Of a stretch of 64,000 nt of DNA, positions 61,712-64,000 are shown one piece after another. The position numbers and the translations under genes were made by a program. Positions within the stretch are counted from its first letter, which is position 1. Each line of letters starts with the position of its first letter. The stretch spans positions 335,172,001 to 335,236,000 of the forward strand of contig OZ024743.1 in assembly GCA_964016885.1 (NCBI GenBank), given 5' to 3'. This DNA comes from Eledone cirrhosa. Lineage: Eukaryota. The notes beneath the pieces were generated by a model. It did not search any database and had not been told where the DNA came from. It was given only the letters and a program-made list of their open reading frames with translations.

Positions 61712-62149
61712 ATATATATATATACATATTCATTTTTATAATTCTCGATTTCAAGTTATGTTTCACTTGCAGTAGAAATAAAGGGTTTCACCTTCACAAT
61801 TGCAATACGATCGTCTTCAATATATATTTTTCATTTATTTACGAATTTGGCACAAATTATGATTCAGCTATTTCCGAAATTAAGTATACAGGTGGACTCA
61901 GATAAACTTGTATTACGCAGCTGAAAAATCTGGCAGAGTTAATTAATACAGTTGTTTGCAGACGCTAATATAGTACTTATGTAGATAAACTAAATATCGA
62001 AATACTAAGCAAACATCAAGTTCTAAAAATCAAACTTTCCAGTTGTAGACTTCCTGTTTCTTTTACAACAAATACAACGGTACGCAATGAGGCCCACCCA
62101 CAGCCCCGGTGGACAGAATGGAGTAGGCGTTTCCTCGGAGGACGGCGAG

Positions 62150-63270
62150 GGAGACGCGCTGGAAGAGCCACTCCAACTCGCGGAAGTCTCCACTGCCAGG
62201 GATACGACCACAAACCTGTCGAAGAGCGACCGGTATTTGAGGAGTTTGGCCCCCTCAGCCCGATGTGCAGTAGAACCTGGGTAACAGACTGCATCAGGTT
62301 GCGGCTGCAGAAAATGTCGGTGCTAGTGGCATACCATACGAGGGGTTTTCCACTGCGGAACAGGAAAATGGTCATGCCAACTGGCCTTTTGCCGTCATGA
62401 TGTCTGCATTAGAAGCCACAAGTAGGAAGTGGGGTTCCGGTGGGGTTATGGGTCTGAGATCAGTGGGTGGCTCAGGGTGTTTGAGTCGTAGAGCAACCAG
62501 GACCTCCTCGGTGGGTTGGAGGACAGTGTTCTTTGAGGCAACAACGCTGACTGCGGCCGAGACATCACCCATGATAAGCTTGGCGTTTACCTGGTCACGC
62601 AAACGCTTGGCGCTGGCCTCGGGTTGGATATTGGGGGTACCTGATGGTGAGGTGTGTGGCATCTCTGGGCACACTTGGAATGAGACATTGGCCTTGAATA
62701 AGGCTGCTGTTGACCGGCCGACCCGGTCAGCGCCAGAGCAGGGGAGGCCGAGGGTGAGTGGGGCGAAATAGAACAGCCGCTCCCAGTCACTGGCTCGATT
62801 GGAGTCCAAGGTGCTCTCAATCGAGGAAGCGAGGGCATCGGCTACCGGCACCCATGCCGCTCTCGGGATCCTGAGTGGGATCTCCCGGAGCGGCCTGAGC
62901 CGAGCGATGTTGACCAGCGAGGCTTGGGCGCTAGGAAAGATTTCTGTCCCAGCTGGTGGTGTGCCAGGCGGCCGTGGCTGGGAAGACGTGGGGAAGAGGC
63001 AGCTCCTGCACCTCCACGCTGCGAGGGCATTGGAAGCTAGACGAGTCGAGCCAACCGAGGTGAGGTGGTGGAAGCAGCCGCACCCCAAACAGTTCCGGCT
63101 CCTCTTCCGTTTGTTAGTGGTGCTGCAAGTGCTGCAGGTGTCAGCTTGGAGTGATGGGGGATGGGGCGTGGGGCCGGAGACTGGGGAACCGAGCGGTATC
63201 AGGGCTGTGTGGCTAGCGTGTGTGGGTGGAATGGAAAGTGCTGGTAAGAGGGCCTCATAGCTCACCCATA
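62150..63270 (-). mobile_element. CRE-like RLE non-LTR element with an N-terminal PHD-like finger; RT domain missing
   Basis: CSTC...CLGCGCFHH...WRCRSC; RIPRAA...WERL...GDVSAAV...LRLKHP followed directly by the RLE segment KRPVGMTIF...GKPLVW-AT...K...KY...AVET. Confidence 0.75.
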
Positions 63271-63921
63271 TATAGAGAGGTGTCAGAAAACAAGAGAGAA
63301 AAGAAGGGGCTGCATGGAGGTGGACACACAGGAAGGTCGAATGTTAGCAAATGAATGAATGAATAACACATACATTGCCAATAATGTCTTAAATTCTACC
63401 CTGTTTAATAATACAAATATTCTAAATTTAAAAGTTGAAATTTCAACTTTCTACATCTTATATTGCGATTATATACACGGACAGATTTCAATTTCGTTTG
63501 AATTTGATATCCCACTTGTGTTTCATATATTTCGTTCAATATTCATACTATAGTATTTCAAACTTGCTTTCAACTCTATCCGTTTCATTAATTTATTTCC
63601 ATATATATATATGCTTCTCTATTTCAAGATTTTTTCAATTTCTCGACGAATAATGGCTTTCATGTTACGTCAGTAAAGATTCCCACTTACTAAGTTTCAC
63701 TTTCAGAGTTTTCTATGATAAAATCCAATTCTTATCATAGTTACATCGTTGTCGATCACTTTTTCGATATCCGTTTCAGGTTTGTGTATACATATAAACG
63801 TATGTATATATATATATATACACATTTATATGTATTCACATTTGTATATGTACACACACACGCACACACACACAAGCGCACACACACACACATACACACA
63901 CACACACATATATATATATAA

Positions 63922-64000
63922 TTCGTTTTTGAATTTGTTTTGCGAGATTTCTTATCTGAAAACGTGTGTTGAAACAGATATTGTTATACTTTGGGAGGGT
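63922..64000 (-). mobile_element. Start of another copy of the PLE pseudo-LTR terminus, after a TA run
   Basis: Matches 57262-57335 and 58125-58197. Confidence 0.7.

Overview
AT-rich, repeat-saturated animal genomic DNA, most likely a cephalopod such as Octopus (inferred from the tRNA-derived Meta/MESC-type SINE family, the very long (TA)n tracts and the TE spectrum). I found no host protein-coding exon I can support; nearly all long ORFs in the track are microsatellite artefacts. Recognisable TEs are two Penelope-like elements (PLEs) with RT and GIY-YIG domains, further PLE fragments, a decayed Tigger/pogo transposon and its MITE, RTE, R4/Dong, Tx1 and CRE LINE fragments, a Helitron helicase fragment and many SINEs. 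The main discovery is about 25 type-I hammerhead ribozyme (HHR) motifs, found by eye, from roughly ten different short sequence families (retrozyme-like or PLE pseudo-LTR units of about 300-600 bp). Most sit in or beside (TA)n microsatellites. Wherever inverted copies exist they are head-to-head, with the ribozyme-sense 3' ends pointing outward into the TA tract. At least three unrelated families use a compensatory U3-A8 core (UUGANAA), several have 50-90 nt stem II insertions, and two related families carry a conserved octamer (ATGCAAAT) just upstream of the ribozyme. All folds and coordinates were read by eye and need computational confirmation.
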